Assembly: GCA_022486935.1 (NCBI GenBank)
Contig: JAKVJO010000001.1
Coordinates: 4,820 to 68,819, forward strand
DNA length: 64,000 nucleotides
Reading direction: 5' to 3'
Source: Solobacterium sp.
GTDB lineage: Bacteria > Bacillota_I > Bacilli_A > Erysipelotrichales > Erysipelotrichaceae
Positions 30,052-38,806 of the stretch are shown piece by piece; within the stretch, counting starts at the first letter, position 1, and every line of letters begins with the position of its first letter. The notes under the pieces were generated by a model. The model was not told where the DNA came from and ran no database searches. It was given only the letters and a program-made list of their open reading frames with translations. Both the position numbers and the translations under genes were made by a program.

Positions 30052-30076
30052 AAGACTGCCTTCGGGCAGTTTTTTT
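30052..30076 (+). terminator. Intrinsic terminator
   Basis: AAGACTGCC-TTCG-GGCAGTTTT-TTT. Confidence 0.85.
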
Positions 30077-30124
30077 GATGTCCTGATATGAGATAATACA
30101 GCAGGAAGAAACGGAGTGACTCAT

Positions 30125-30472
30125 ATGCAGGGAAACTATCCCGTTATTACATTGTGCGGCAGTACCAGATTCAAGCAGGAGTTCATGGAAGTGCAGAAAC
30201 AGCTGACCCTGCAGGGCGTCATTGTCATCACGGTCGGACTGTATGGCCACGCTGGCGATGAAGAAGTATGGGAAGGTATGTCGGAAGATACCCTGACCAG
30301 AACCAAACTCATGCTGGATGATATGCATAAGCACAAGATTGACATGGCAGATGGCATCTTTGTCATCAACAAGAACGGCTATATCGGTGATTCCACCAGA
30401 TCTGAGATTGCCTATGCCCGTGCCCATGGCAAGACCGTACAGTATCTGGAACCTGAAAACGCCTCTTTTTAG
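30125..30472 (+). CDS. Hypothetical protein, nucleoside 2-deoxyribosyltransferase-like fold
   Basis: ITLCGSTRF...KIDMADGIFVIN..GYIGDSTRSEIAYA. GGAG RBS. Fold call is an inference. Confidence 0.7.
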   Translation: MQGNYPVITLCGSTRFKQEFMEVQKQLTLQGVIVITVGLYGHAGDEEVWEGMSEDTLTRTKLMLDDMHKHKIDMADGIFVINKNGYIGDSTRSEIAYARAHGKTVQYLEPENASF

Positions 30473-30566
30473 GGGCGCTTTTTATATCTTAATGTTTTCT
30501 TAAAAGTTCTCCGTCTGTTTTCTTAAACAGCGGATCAGTAGAATAAAAGTGCAGGGGGAATCTTAA

Positions 30567-31274
30567 ATGTCTTGTGTATTGATCGTGGATGACGACAGTG
30601 ATATCGTCGAAGCTTTGAAAATCTATCTATCTTCAGAGGGACTGGAGCTGCTTTCGGCATCAACCGGAAAACAGGCACTGGATGCCGTCAGTGAACATCA
30701 GGTAGATCTTGTGCTGATGGATATCATGATGCCGGAAATGGATGGCATTACAGCCGTTGCCAAACTTCGGGCGGCAAATGCCAATATGCCGATCATCCTG
30801 CTGACTGCCAAGAGTGAAGATTCCGACAAACTGCTGGGATTGAATATCGGGGCAGATGACTACATCACCAAGCCGTTCAATCCGGCTGAAGTGGTTGCCA
30901 GAGTGCGTTCCCAGCTGCGCAGATATACCCGGTTCGGCTCCCAGGTGCAGAATGAAGAATCCAAACATCTGAGGATCGGCGGCATCTCGCTGAATGATTC
31001 CAGCAAGACGGTCACCGTGGATGAAGCACCGGTGTCATTGACGCCGATGGAATACGGAATCCTGAAGATGCTGATGGAGCATCCGGGAAAGGTATTCTCT
31101 TCAGAAGAAATCTACCGGGAAGTATGGAAGGGCGATCCGATTGCCAATGACGGCGTGGTCGCAGTCCATATCCGGCATTTAAGGGAAAAGATTGAAATTA
31201 CCCCGTCAGAGCCAAGATATCTGAAAGTGGTCTGGGGCCAGGGGTACAAGATGGAGGATTCAAATGGACGATAA
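30567..31274 (+). CDS. OmpR/PhoB family response regulator
   Basis: VDDD, DIMMPEMDG, GADDYITKPF, winged helix VAVHIRHLREKIE...VWGQGYK. Confidence 0.95.
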   Translation: MSCVLIVDDDSDIVEALKIYLSSEGLELLSASTGKQALDAVSEHQVDLVLMDIMMPEMDGITAVAKLRAANANMPIILLTAKSEDSDKLLGLNIGADDYITKPFNPAEVVARVRSQLRRYTRFGSQVQNEESKHLRIGGISLNDSSKTVTVDEAPVSLTPMEYGILKMLMEHPGKVFSSEEIYREVWKGDPIANDGVVAVHIRHLREKIEITPSEPRYLKVVWGQGYKMEDSNGR

Positions 31275-33471
31275 AAAATATACGATCAGCGGAAGTTTCT
31301 GGGCAAAGTTCCTGTCAGTGGTTCTGTTATGTGCACTTGGGGCAGGCATTGTCTATACCGGATTCTCTTATATCTTCCTGCTGCAGTGCGATACAGACTC
31401 CGGTGTCAGTGATTATCTTGATTCCAGTGAATGCGTGCAGCAGATGCAGCAGCTCTCCAGAGATATTGTCAGTGACTATACCTATTCCGGAACAGAATAC
31501 ACCCAGGCAAATTACAGCCTGGATATTACCAGCATGCATTACACACTGTATGAAAAGCAGGCTGATGGCAGCTATGCCAAAGTGGATACCAACGATCAAT
31601 TGTCTGCGTCCTATACGAATTCTTCGACATTCTACTTTGCCAATATCAAAGACTACGGGATCTGCTATTACCGTACGGAACCAACGGATCTCACAGAAGG
31701 CAGGATCTACAAAGTCGATGCGGCAGTAACCAAACCATTTACTGCCAATGACGGGTTCAAGGCAAATGAAGAACTGTTCACCAGACTCTATGGAAACAGA
31801 TCCGGGATCCAGGTCGGACTGCCGGTGCTTGGCTGTTTCTTCCTTGTCATTCTGGTATTCCTGTTCTGTGCTGTTGGCCATCGTAAAAACAGCGCGGAGA
31901 TTCACCGTACCTGGGTCGAGCGGATTCCGTTTGAACTGATGATCGGATTCTCAGTGCTGATGGATATGATCAGTATGTCCATGATGCAGAATATCGCAGA
32001 CAGCACCAGCGGGTTCTTCGGTACTGCATTCAATACAACGGTGTATGGATTCATTCTGGCATTGATGCTGGCGGGTCTTTGTACACTCGTCACCTTGACG
32101 ACGCTGGCAGTCCGGATCAAGTCCCACACGTTCTGGAAGAGCACGTTTGTCGGGATGCTGGTAATCCAGCTTGGCAAATGGCTGAGTATGATTTCACTGG
32201 TGCCGCGTACCGCACTCATTGTCGGCGGCGTGCTGCTGCTGGAAGTGATCCTGCTGAGTGTTCATGAAGTAGGTATGAGTCTATTCCTGGATGCAGTGAT
32301 CGGTGCTTATCTGATCTACTGTGCAGGCGAAACCAAGAAAATCGAAGCAGCCGGAAGACAGCTGGCATCCGGCAATCTGGATTATCGGATTGCAGATACT
32401 TCCAGACTCAGCGGGGTATACAAGCGCCATGCTGAGGATCTCAACTCCATCGGCGATGGCATGAAGGAAGCGGTCAACCAGCAGCTGAAGTCTGAACGGC
32501 TCAAGACCGAACTGATCACCAACGTTTCCCATGATATCAAGACTCCGCTGACCAGTGTCATCAACTATGTAGACCTGCTGCGCAAGGATCATACTCCCCA
32601 GCAGGAACAGCAGTATCTGGAAGTGCTGGACCGCCAGTCCAAGCGTCTGAAGAAACTGACAGAAGATGTCGTGGAAGCGTCCAAGGCTTCCTCCGGCAAT
32701 GTGGAAGCACAGTTGATTCCGGTCAATGTCCGGGAGATTCTGGAACAGTCGATCGGTGAATACCAGGACCGCCTGAGTGCCGGAAAGCTCAATGTCATCA
32801 TGAGTGTCAAAGGGGAGCCGCTGTATGCGCTGGCAGATGGACGTCTGTTATGGCGGGTCATGAGCAATCTGCTCTCCAATCTCTGCAAGTACGCCATGCC
32901 CGATACAAGAGTCTATCTGAATGCTGAACGCACCGATGATCACAGGATCAGTATCACGTTGAAGAATATCTCATGTGAGCCGCTCAATATCAGTGAGGAA
33001 GAACTCATGCAGCGGTTTGTCAGGGGAGATGCTTCAAGACATACGGAAGGAAGCGGCCTGGGACTCTCCATTGCAGAAAGTCTGACCAGACTGATGAAGG
33101 GCACATTCCACATTACGATTGACGGCGATCTCTTCAAGGCCGAGATCCAACTGGAAGAAACAGCTCCAGCAGTGCCTGTCAATTCTCCAACTTCAGATTC
33201 TTCCATTGATGTCCACTTTGATGAACACAAAGACACCCAGCCGGAAGTCCAGCCAGCACCATCAGATCCAGAACCTGCCAAGACAGAGGAAGTACCGCCA
33301 GTCAAACCGGTAGAACCTGAGAAAGAGCCTGAACCTGAGCAGACAGATGAAGTCAAAACACCTGAACCTCAAAACAGTGCTGAAGCTGAGGCAGAAGACA
33401 CAAAACCTCAGACTTCCAGAGAGACAGCTGAACCAACCGAAAAACCAGAAGAAAATAAGGAATCAGAATGA
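31264..33471 (+). CDS. Multi-TM sensor histidine kinase with Pro/Glu-rich C-terminal tail
   Basis: SHDIKTPLTS H-box, NLLSNLCKY N-box, RFVRGD and GSGLGLSI G-boxes. Confidence 0.95.
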   Translation: MDDKKYTISGSFWAKFLSVVLLCALGAGIVYTGFSYIFLLQCDTDSGVSDYLDSSECVQQMQQLSRDIVSDYTYSGTEYTQANYSLDITSMHYTLYEKQADGSYAKVDTNDQLSASYTNSSTFYFANIKDYGICYYRTEPTDLTEGRIYKVDAAVTKPFTANDGFKANEELFTRLYGNRSGIQVGLPVLGCFFLVILVFLFCAVGHRKNSAEIHRTWVERIPFELMIGFSVLMDMISMSMMQNIADSTSGFFGTAFNTTVYGFILALMLAGLCTLVTLTTLAVRIKSHTFWKSTFVGMLVIQLGKWLSMISLVPRTALIVGGVLLLEVILLSVHEVGMSLFLDAVIGAYLIYCAGETKKIEAAGRQLASGNLDYRIADTSRLSGVYKRHAEDLNSIGDGMKEAVNQQLKSERLKTELITNVSHDIKTPLTSVINYVDLLRKDHTPQQEQQYLEVLDRQSKRLKKLTEDVVEASKASSGNVEAQLIPVNVREILEQSIGEYQDRLSAGKLNVIMSVKGEPLYALADGRLLWRVMSNLLSNLCKYAMPDTRVYLNAERTDDHRISITLKNISCEPLNISEEELMQRFVRGDASRHTEGSGLGLSIAESLTRLMKGTFHITIDGDLFKAEIQLEETAPAVPVNSPTSDSSIDVHFDEHKDTQPEVQPAPSDPEPAKTEEVPPVKPVEPEKEPEPEQTDEVKTPEPQNSAEAEAEDTKPQTSRETAEPTEKPEENKESE

Positions 33472-33478
33472 GTTTGTG

Positions 33479-33508
33479 AAAGCAGGGAAGCAATTCTCTG
33501 CTTTTCTT
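33479..33508 (+). terminator. Intrinsic terminator after the kinase gene
   Basis: AAAGCAGGGAA-GCAA-TTCTCTGCTTT-TCTT. Confidence 0.65.
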
Positions 33509-33587
33509 TGAAAAAGAGTGCGGGTGTACATTGCAGTGTACATCCAGAATCAGACAATGAACTATTCTATTCCTGCGAGGTGATGAT

Positions 33588-33821
33588 ATGAATAACAACA
33601 GAATTGAAACAGAACTGCCGCTGATCCTGAAGGGCGGTCCCAGGGAACTGAGCCCGGAGCAGATGGTCGGATTGATCGGCTGCTGTGAAGAGGGGATGAG
33701 TGCAGAAGACTGTGCAGATCAGCTGCAGACGGACGCTGATACTGCCGCCTATTGGTATGCATGCCTGAAAGACGCACTGCAGACAGGCCTCAGTATGACG
33801 ATGGGAAGTGCTGCAGTTTGA
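33588..33821 (+). CDS. Small helix-turn-helix-like protein A
   Basis: GAGGTG RBS. LSPEQ...EEGMSAEDCADQLQTDADTA resembles a sigma-70 region-4 type HTH. Confidence 0.6.
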   Translation: MNNNRIETELPLILKGGPRELSPEQMVGLIGCCEEGMSAEDCADQLQTDADTAAYWYACLKDALQTGLSMTMGSAAV

Positions 33822-34054
33822 GCCGTAACTGTCAGCTTTCCGGCACAAACATGAAGGAAGCGGTCGATGGGGAACTGTCGGCAGTCAGCCTGCTTTCTGA
33901 TCCGCAGAAAGTGAAACTGCGGGAATGCTACCTGCAGCAGAATACCGTAGAGAGTACAGCCTATAAACTGTCCATGGATCCGCTGATTGTCCAGATGCTG
34001 TACTACCGCCTGAGTATCGCCTTATCAAGACAGGCCTTTGCGTCCATCCAGTAG
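33818..34054 (+). CDS. Small helix-turn-helix-like protein B, paralog of A
   Basis: TTG 33818 overlaps the stop of A (alternative ATG 33851). 14 of 44 gapless identities with A. Confidence 0.55.
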   Translation: MSRNCQLSGTNMKEAVDGELSAVSLLSDPQKVKLRECYLQQNTVESTAYKLSMDPLIVQMLYYRLSIALSRQAFASIQ

Positions 34055-34118
34055 CAGGGTTTTCAAACAGGTTTCATGTCTGCACCCTTCTTTGCAGATT
34101 TGAAATATTCTTTGCCAT

Positions 34119-34156
34119 GAGGCACTTGTTCAGCCATCCTGACCAGTGCCTTTTTC
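34119..34156 (+). terminator. Intrinsic terminator after the HTH pair
   Basis: GAGGCACT...AGTGCCTT followed by TTTC. Confidence 0.65.
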
Positions 34157-34290
34157 TCTGTTCTGCTTTCTTGCATTAATGCATGGAAATGTCATAATGA
34201 TGTTGCAGAAAGAAGCGCATACACCAATTGAATATGGAGACCTAATCTTTTTCATTCTCAGGAAAATGCGCTGTTTGAGGAACTGAAGAG

Positions 34291-35625
34291 ATGAGATTCG
34301 TTGATACGATTGAAAAGAAAGCAGATGGAAATGTCCTTTCCAAAGAAGAAATCCATGAGATGATCACTGGATTTGTGGATGGCTCGATTCCTGATTATCA
34401 GATGTCATCCATGATGATGGCAATTCTGCAGAAGGGTATGACACCGGAAGAAACTGCAGAACTGACCATGGCGATGATGCATTCCGGCGATACCGTAGAT
34501 CTCAGTGATCTTCCGGGTGTCAAGCTGGACAAGCACAGCACCGGCGGTGTCGGCGATACCACAACCCTGGTTGTTGCACCACTAGTTGCCGCATGCGGCG
34601 GTACGGTTGCCAAAATGAGCGGCCGTGGGCTTGGCCATACCGGCGGAACACTGGATAAACTGGAGTCGATTCCCGGTACCTGCATTGAACAGCCGATGGA
34701 TCGCTTCAAAGAGATTGTCAAAGAGAACGGTGTCTGTGTCATCGGACAGACCGGCAACCTGGTGCCGGCAGACAAGAAGATGTATGCATTGAGAGATGTG
34801 ACAGCCACGGTCCGTTCCATTCCGCTGATCGCCTCCTCCATCATGTCCAAGAAACTGGCATCCGGGGCAGACGCCATTGTACTGGATGTCAAAACGGGCA
34901 CAGGTGCATTCATGCGTACGAAAGAGGAAGCCTTTACCCTGGCACAGCTGATGGTAGATATCGGAACCCTGGTTGGCAGGGAAGTACGGGCGGTTGTTAC
35001 AGACATGAACCAGCCATTGGGCATGGCGGTTGGCAATGCACTGGAAGTACGGGAAGCAGTTCAGCTTTTGAGCGGCATGATTCCGGAAACAGATCCGCTT
35101 TATGATGTATGCATGTTACTGGGCACACAAATGCTGCTGATGGGCGGACTTGCAAAGGATGAAGCAGATGCGAGAGCTCAGTTGCAGGCACATATCAAAG
35201 ACGGCAGCGGCCTGAAGAAACTGCAGGGCATGATTACCGGCATGGGCGGCGATGCCTCCTATCTGACAGTTGAGAACATGGAGAAGCTGGTACGTGTGAA
35301 GCAGCATGTTTCACTCAAGGCAGAATCCTCCGGATACATTTCCAGCATGAATGCAGAGTCGATCGGTACGGCAGCCCAGATGCTCGGGGCAGGCCGGGCA
35401 AAGAAAGAGGATCTGATCGATCCGGCTGTCGGTCTTGTCATGAAGGTCAGATGCGGGGATCAGGTACAGGCAGGGGATGAACTCTGCGACCTGTATGTCA
35501 ATCAGGATGGAAACCTGAGCGATGTTGAGCAGCTGCTGCACAGTGCGATTCATATCACTGCTGAAAAAGGCGAGATTGAACCGATGGTTTACGGTCTTGT
35601 CACCAGAGATACCAGGAAGAACTGA
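34291..35625 (+). CDS. pdp: Pyrimidine-nucleoside/thymidine phosphorylase
   Basis: DKHSTGGVGD, KMSGRGLGHTGGTLDKLE, YALRDVT, SIMSKK. Confidence 0.95.
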   Translation: MRFVDTIEKKADGNVLSKEEIHEMITGFVDGSIPDYQMSSMMMAILQKGMTPEETAELTMAMMHSGDTVDLSDLPGVKLDKHSTGGVGDTTTLVVAPLVAACGGTVAKMSGRGLGHTGGTLDKLESIPGTCIEQPMDRFKEIVKENGVCVIGQTGNLVPADKKMYALRDVTATVRSIPLIASSIMSKKLASGADAIVLDVKTGTGAFMRTKEEAFTLAQLMVDIGTLVGREVRAVVTDMNQPLGMAVGNALEVREAVQLLSGMIPETDPLYDVCMLLGTQMLLMGGLAKDEADARAQLQAHIKDGSGLKKLQGMITGMGGDASYLTVENMEKLVRVKQHVSLKAESSGYISSMNAESIGTAAQMLGAGRAKKEDLIDPAVGLVMKVRCGDQVQAGDELCDLYVNQDGNLSDVEQLLHSAIHITAEKGEIEPMVYGLVTRDTRKN

Positions 35626-35691
35626 ATCAGAAGACAAACAGGAGCACCGTCTCCTGTTTTATAATGGAAAGCGGAAAACGGGGGAATGATT

Positions 35692-36393
35692 ATGGATGTT
35701 TCGATCCTGCAGCTCTTGGACGGCGCAAAAAGCGCTGAGGGCATTACCGTTATTATTGATGTATTCCGGGCTTTTTCCCTGGAAGCGTATCTGTTTCATC
35801 AGGGCGTCAGAGAGATTATCCCGGTCGGCAGTCTGGATACAGCCTACGAGCTGAAACAGGCCCATCCGGATTACATCCTGATCGGTGAACGCAAGGGAAA
35901 GATCTGCCCGGGCTTTGACTATGGCAATTCGCCAAGCAGTGTCAAAGGCCTGGATTTATCTGGCCGGACCGTAGTGCACACCACCAGTGCCGGCACCCAG
36001 GGCGTTGCCAATGCCGTGCATGCCAGTGAGATCCTCTGCGGTTCTTTAGTCACTGCCAAAGCAACGGCTGCCTATATCGCTTCTCAACACCCGGAAAAAG
36101 TATCCCTGGTATGCATGGGCTGGGAAGGGCTGAAAGAAACAGAAGAGGATCTGTTATGTGCGGAGTATCTGAAGTCGCTGCTGCTGCATCAGCCGATGAA
36201 AGATCTGGAACAGCAGGCCCATGATCTGATGTATACAGAAGGGAAAAAATTCTTTGATCCGGCCCAGAAGGACGTATTTCCGGAAGAGGATTTCTGGATG
36301 TGCATCCGGCATGATCTCTTTGATTTTGCAATCCGCAATGAGAAAGAAGGCCATCTGACGATCAACCGGAAGATTGAGGTCAGCCATGAATAA
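35692..36393 (+). CDS. 2-phosphosulfolactate phosphatase-like protein (ComB phosphatase family)
   Basis: VIIDVFRAFS, GER, FDYGNSP, TTSAGT, EDLLCA. Confidence 0.88.
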   Translation: MDVSILQLLDGAKSAEGITVIIDVFRAFSLEAYLFHQGVREIIPVGSLDTAYELKQAHPDYILIGERKGKICPGFDYGNSPSSVKGLDLSGRTVVHTTSAGTQGVANAVHASEILCGSLVTAKATAAYIASQHPEKVSLVCMGWEGLKETEEDLLCAEYLKSLLLHQPMKDLEQQAHDLMYTEGKKFFDPAQKDVFPEEDFWMCIRHDLFDFAIRNEKEGHLTINRKIEVSHE

Positions 36394-37174
36394 GAAATAT
36401 TTCTTCTTTGATATTGATGGCACACTGACTGATCAGGCGGCACACCGGATTGTGCCAAGTGCGAAACTTGCGCTGGATCTGCTGCGGCAGAACGGTCACT
36501 TTGTGGCAATCGCAACCGGCCGGGCACTGTACAAGACACTGCCGGTAGCCAGGGCCACTGATACCGACAACTTTGTATGTTATGGCGGTGCGTGCCTCGT
36601 ACTGAACGGGAAGGTCATTGATGATGTCCCGCTGGAACGTGAAAAGGCAATGAGCCTGCTGGACCATTGCGATCAGCAGGGGATCGGCTATCTGCTGCTG
36701 CTGGAAGACTGTGATCAGGTGGTGATGAAAGACTATCGCTTTCTGGAACAGGCGGGTCTTCGCACGGAACTGACAACGTATGTGTACCAGCCGGATCTTG
36801 ATGTTCATGCCATTCCATCCATCCGCAAACTCTATATTGCCGTAACGGCAGAAGCGGAACAGCAGAATCCCTGGATCAATCAGCTGGGCCATCTGCGCAT
36901 GACAAAGGATTATATCGTTGTCCAGTATGATGCCAAGAAAGACGGCATTCTGAGAATGATGAAACAGGTCGGCGGTCCGCTTGAAGACGTTGTTGTCTTC
37001 GGCGATGATACGAATGATCTGGTCATGTTTGATCCCCGCTGGACCTCCATTGCAATGGGAAACGGCAAACAGGCACTGAAAGAAAAGGCAGACTACGTGA
37101 CTGCCAATAATACAGATGACGGCATATTGAAGGCCTGCAGGCACTTTGGCTGGATTGAAGAGAGCCAATCTTAA
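36386..37174 (+). CDS. Cof-type HAD hydrolase
   Basis: FFDIDGTL, ATGR, K..GI, FGDDTND, IAMGN. Confidence 0.92.
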   Translation: MNKKYFFFDIDGTLTDQAAHRIVPSAKLALDLLRQNGHFVAIATGRALYKTLPVARATDTDNFVCYGGACLVLNGKVIDDVPLEREKAMSLLDHCDQQGIGYLLLLEDCDQVVMKDYRFLEQAGLRTELTTYVYQPDLDVHAIPSIRKLYIAVTAEAEQQNPWINQLGHLRMTKDYIVVQYDAKKDGILRMMKQVGGPLEDVVVFGDDTNDLVMFDPRWTSIAMGNGKQALKEKADYVTANNTDDGILKACRHFGWIEESQS

Positions 37175-37205
37175 GATTTATTAAGGATTCATTTTGCTTT
37201 TGTGA

Positions 37206-37234
37206 TTGCTTTAACTTTTACCCTGTGGTACCAT
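37206..37234 (+). promoter_or_regulatory. Sigma-A promoter of the APC permease
   Basis: TTGCTT, 17 bp spacer, TG-extended TACCAT. Confidence 0.6.
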
Positions 37235-37266
37235 CAACTGCGGTGAAAGGGGTTTCAATAATCGAA

Positions 37267-38730
37267 ATGGATAACCAAAAGAAGATGAAGTGGCAGACGC
37301 TGACCTTCATGTGCTTTTCCACGCTCTGGGGCTTTGGAAATGTACTGAACGGCTTTGCTTACTTCAACGGCATCCAGGTCATTTTCTCCTGGGTACTGAT
37401 GTTCGCACTGTATTTTGTTCCTTACGCATTAATGGTCGGTGAACTCGGCTCCGCATTCAAAGACAGCGGCGGCGGTGTCACGTCCTGGATCTCAGAAACT
37501 TGCAACAAGAAAGTAGCCTATTATGCCGGCTGGACTTATTTCGCAGTCCATATCACCTATATTGCCAGCAAGGGCACCGGTGCACTGAAAGCAGCCAGCT
37601 GGCTGATCTTCCAGAACGGCACAACATACAATACCTTCCCAACCATCTATATTCAGCTTGCAACACTCGCGCTGCTGCTGATCTTCGCATGGGTGGCGAG
37701 CAGGGGTCTCAACCCATTGAAGAAACTGGCAACACTTGCCGGCACCAGTATGTTCGTCATGAGTATTCTCTATATCATCATGATGTTCGGCGCCAGGGCA
37801 ATGTTCCCGAATGCCGGATTTGTCTCCCTGGATTTCTCCTGGAAGAATCTGGTCCCGACGTTCAATATCGAATATTTCACATCACTGTCGATCCTGGTCT
37901 TTGCGGTCGGCGGCTGTGAAAAGATCTCACCGTATGTCAACAAGGTAGAAAATGCCTCCAAGGGATTCCCGAAGGCAATGATTACCGTTGCCATCATGGT
38001 TGCAGTATGCGCATTCCTCGGCACGATTGCCATGGGCATGATGTTCCCGGCAATCTCCCAGACCGAAGGCGGCGTTCTGCTCAACGGCGAGACGATCACA
38101 TTCTCATCCTTTGTCGCAAACGGTTCCTATCTGTCATTCCAGCTGCTTGGTGAATACTACCATGTCGGCAACCTGTTCATGATTATCTACGCTGCCTGCA
38201 ACCTGGTCGGCCAGCTTTCAACACTGGTCATCAGTATCGATGCTCCGCTGCGTATGTTCCTGGATGATGAAACCACGCAGTCCATGGTTCCGACTCAGCT
38301 GCTCAAGCAGAATAAAGCCGGTGCCTATGTCAACGGCATTCTGCTGATCGTCATCCTGTCAGGCTCCATCATCGTTGCCCAGATGATTGTTCCGGGTGCC
38401 GATGCCGTGCTGCAGCAGCTCACCAAGCTGAACTCTGTATGCATGCCGCTCCGCTATCTGTGGGTATTCGTTGCCTACGTCATGCTGCGGAAGGCAAACA
38501 ACAAATTCCCGAGAGAATACAAGTTCCTCAAGAACAATACCGCAGCTACCATCTTCGGTGGCTGGTGCTTTGCAGTGACATTGTTCTGCTGCGTACTCGG
38601 TATGTATTCCACGGATACCTTCACGATGATCCTCAACATTGCGACACCGGTTGTACTGGTGCTGCTTGGTCTGATCATGCCGAAGATTCGTGCCAATCAG
38701 GATAAAAAGGCTGCTGCACAGCAGGCTTGA
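37267..38730 (+). CDS. APC family amino acid permease (YjeM/GadC-like)
   Basis: WGFGNV, YALMVGELGS, GGVTSW, FAVGGCE. About 12 TM. Confidence 0.9.
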   Translation: MDNQKKMKWQTLTFMCFSTLWGFGNVLNGFAYFNGIQVIFSWVLMFALYFVPYALMVGELGSAFKDSGGGVTSWISETCNKKVAYYAGWTYFAVHITYIASKGTGALKAASWLIFQNGTTYNTFPTIYIQLATLALLLIFAWVASRGLNPLKKLATLAGTSMFVMSILYIIMMFGARAMFPNAGFVSLDFSWKNLVPTFNIEYFTSLSILVFAVGGCEKISPYVNKVENASKGFPKAMITVAIMVAVCAFLGTIAMGMMFPAISQTEGGVLLNGETITFSSFVANGSYLSFQLLGEYYHVGNLFMIIYAACNLVGQLSTLVISIDAPLRMFLDDETTQSMVPTQLLKQNKAGAYVNGILLIVILSGSIIVAQMIVPGADAVLQQLTKLNSVCMPLRYLWVFVAYVMLRKANNKFPREYKFLKNNTAATIFGGWCFAVTLFCCVLGMYSTDTFTMILNIATPVVLVLLGLIMPKIRANQDKKAAAQQA

Positions 38731-38740
38731 TTGAACCTAT

Positions 38741-38776
38741 GGGAACTGATCAGTTTTCTTGAATCAGTTCCTTTTT
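38741..38776 (+). terminator. Intrinsic terminator
   Basis: GGGAACTGAT...ATCAGTTCCT-TTTT. Confidence 0.65.
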
Positions 38777-38806
38777 CAATTAAAATGAATGAGGAGGTTT
38801 TTGAAT

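Noticed and set aside
35692-36393. Competence gene comB
   Set aside because: The motifs are those of the phosphosulfolactate phosphatase family. The name overlap is coincidental.
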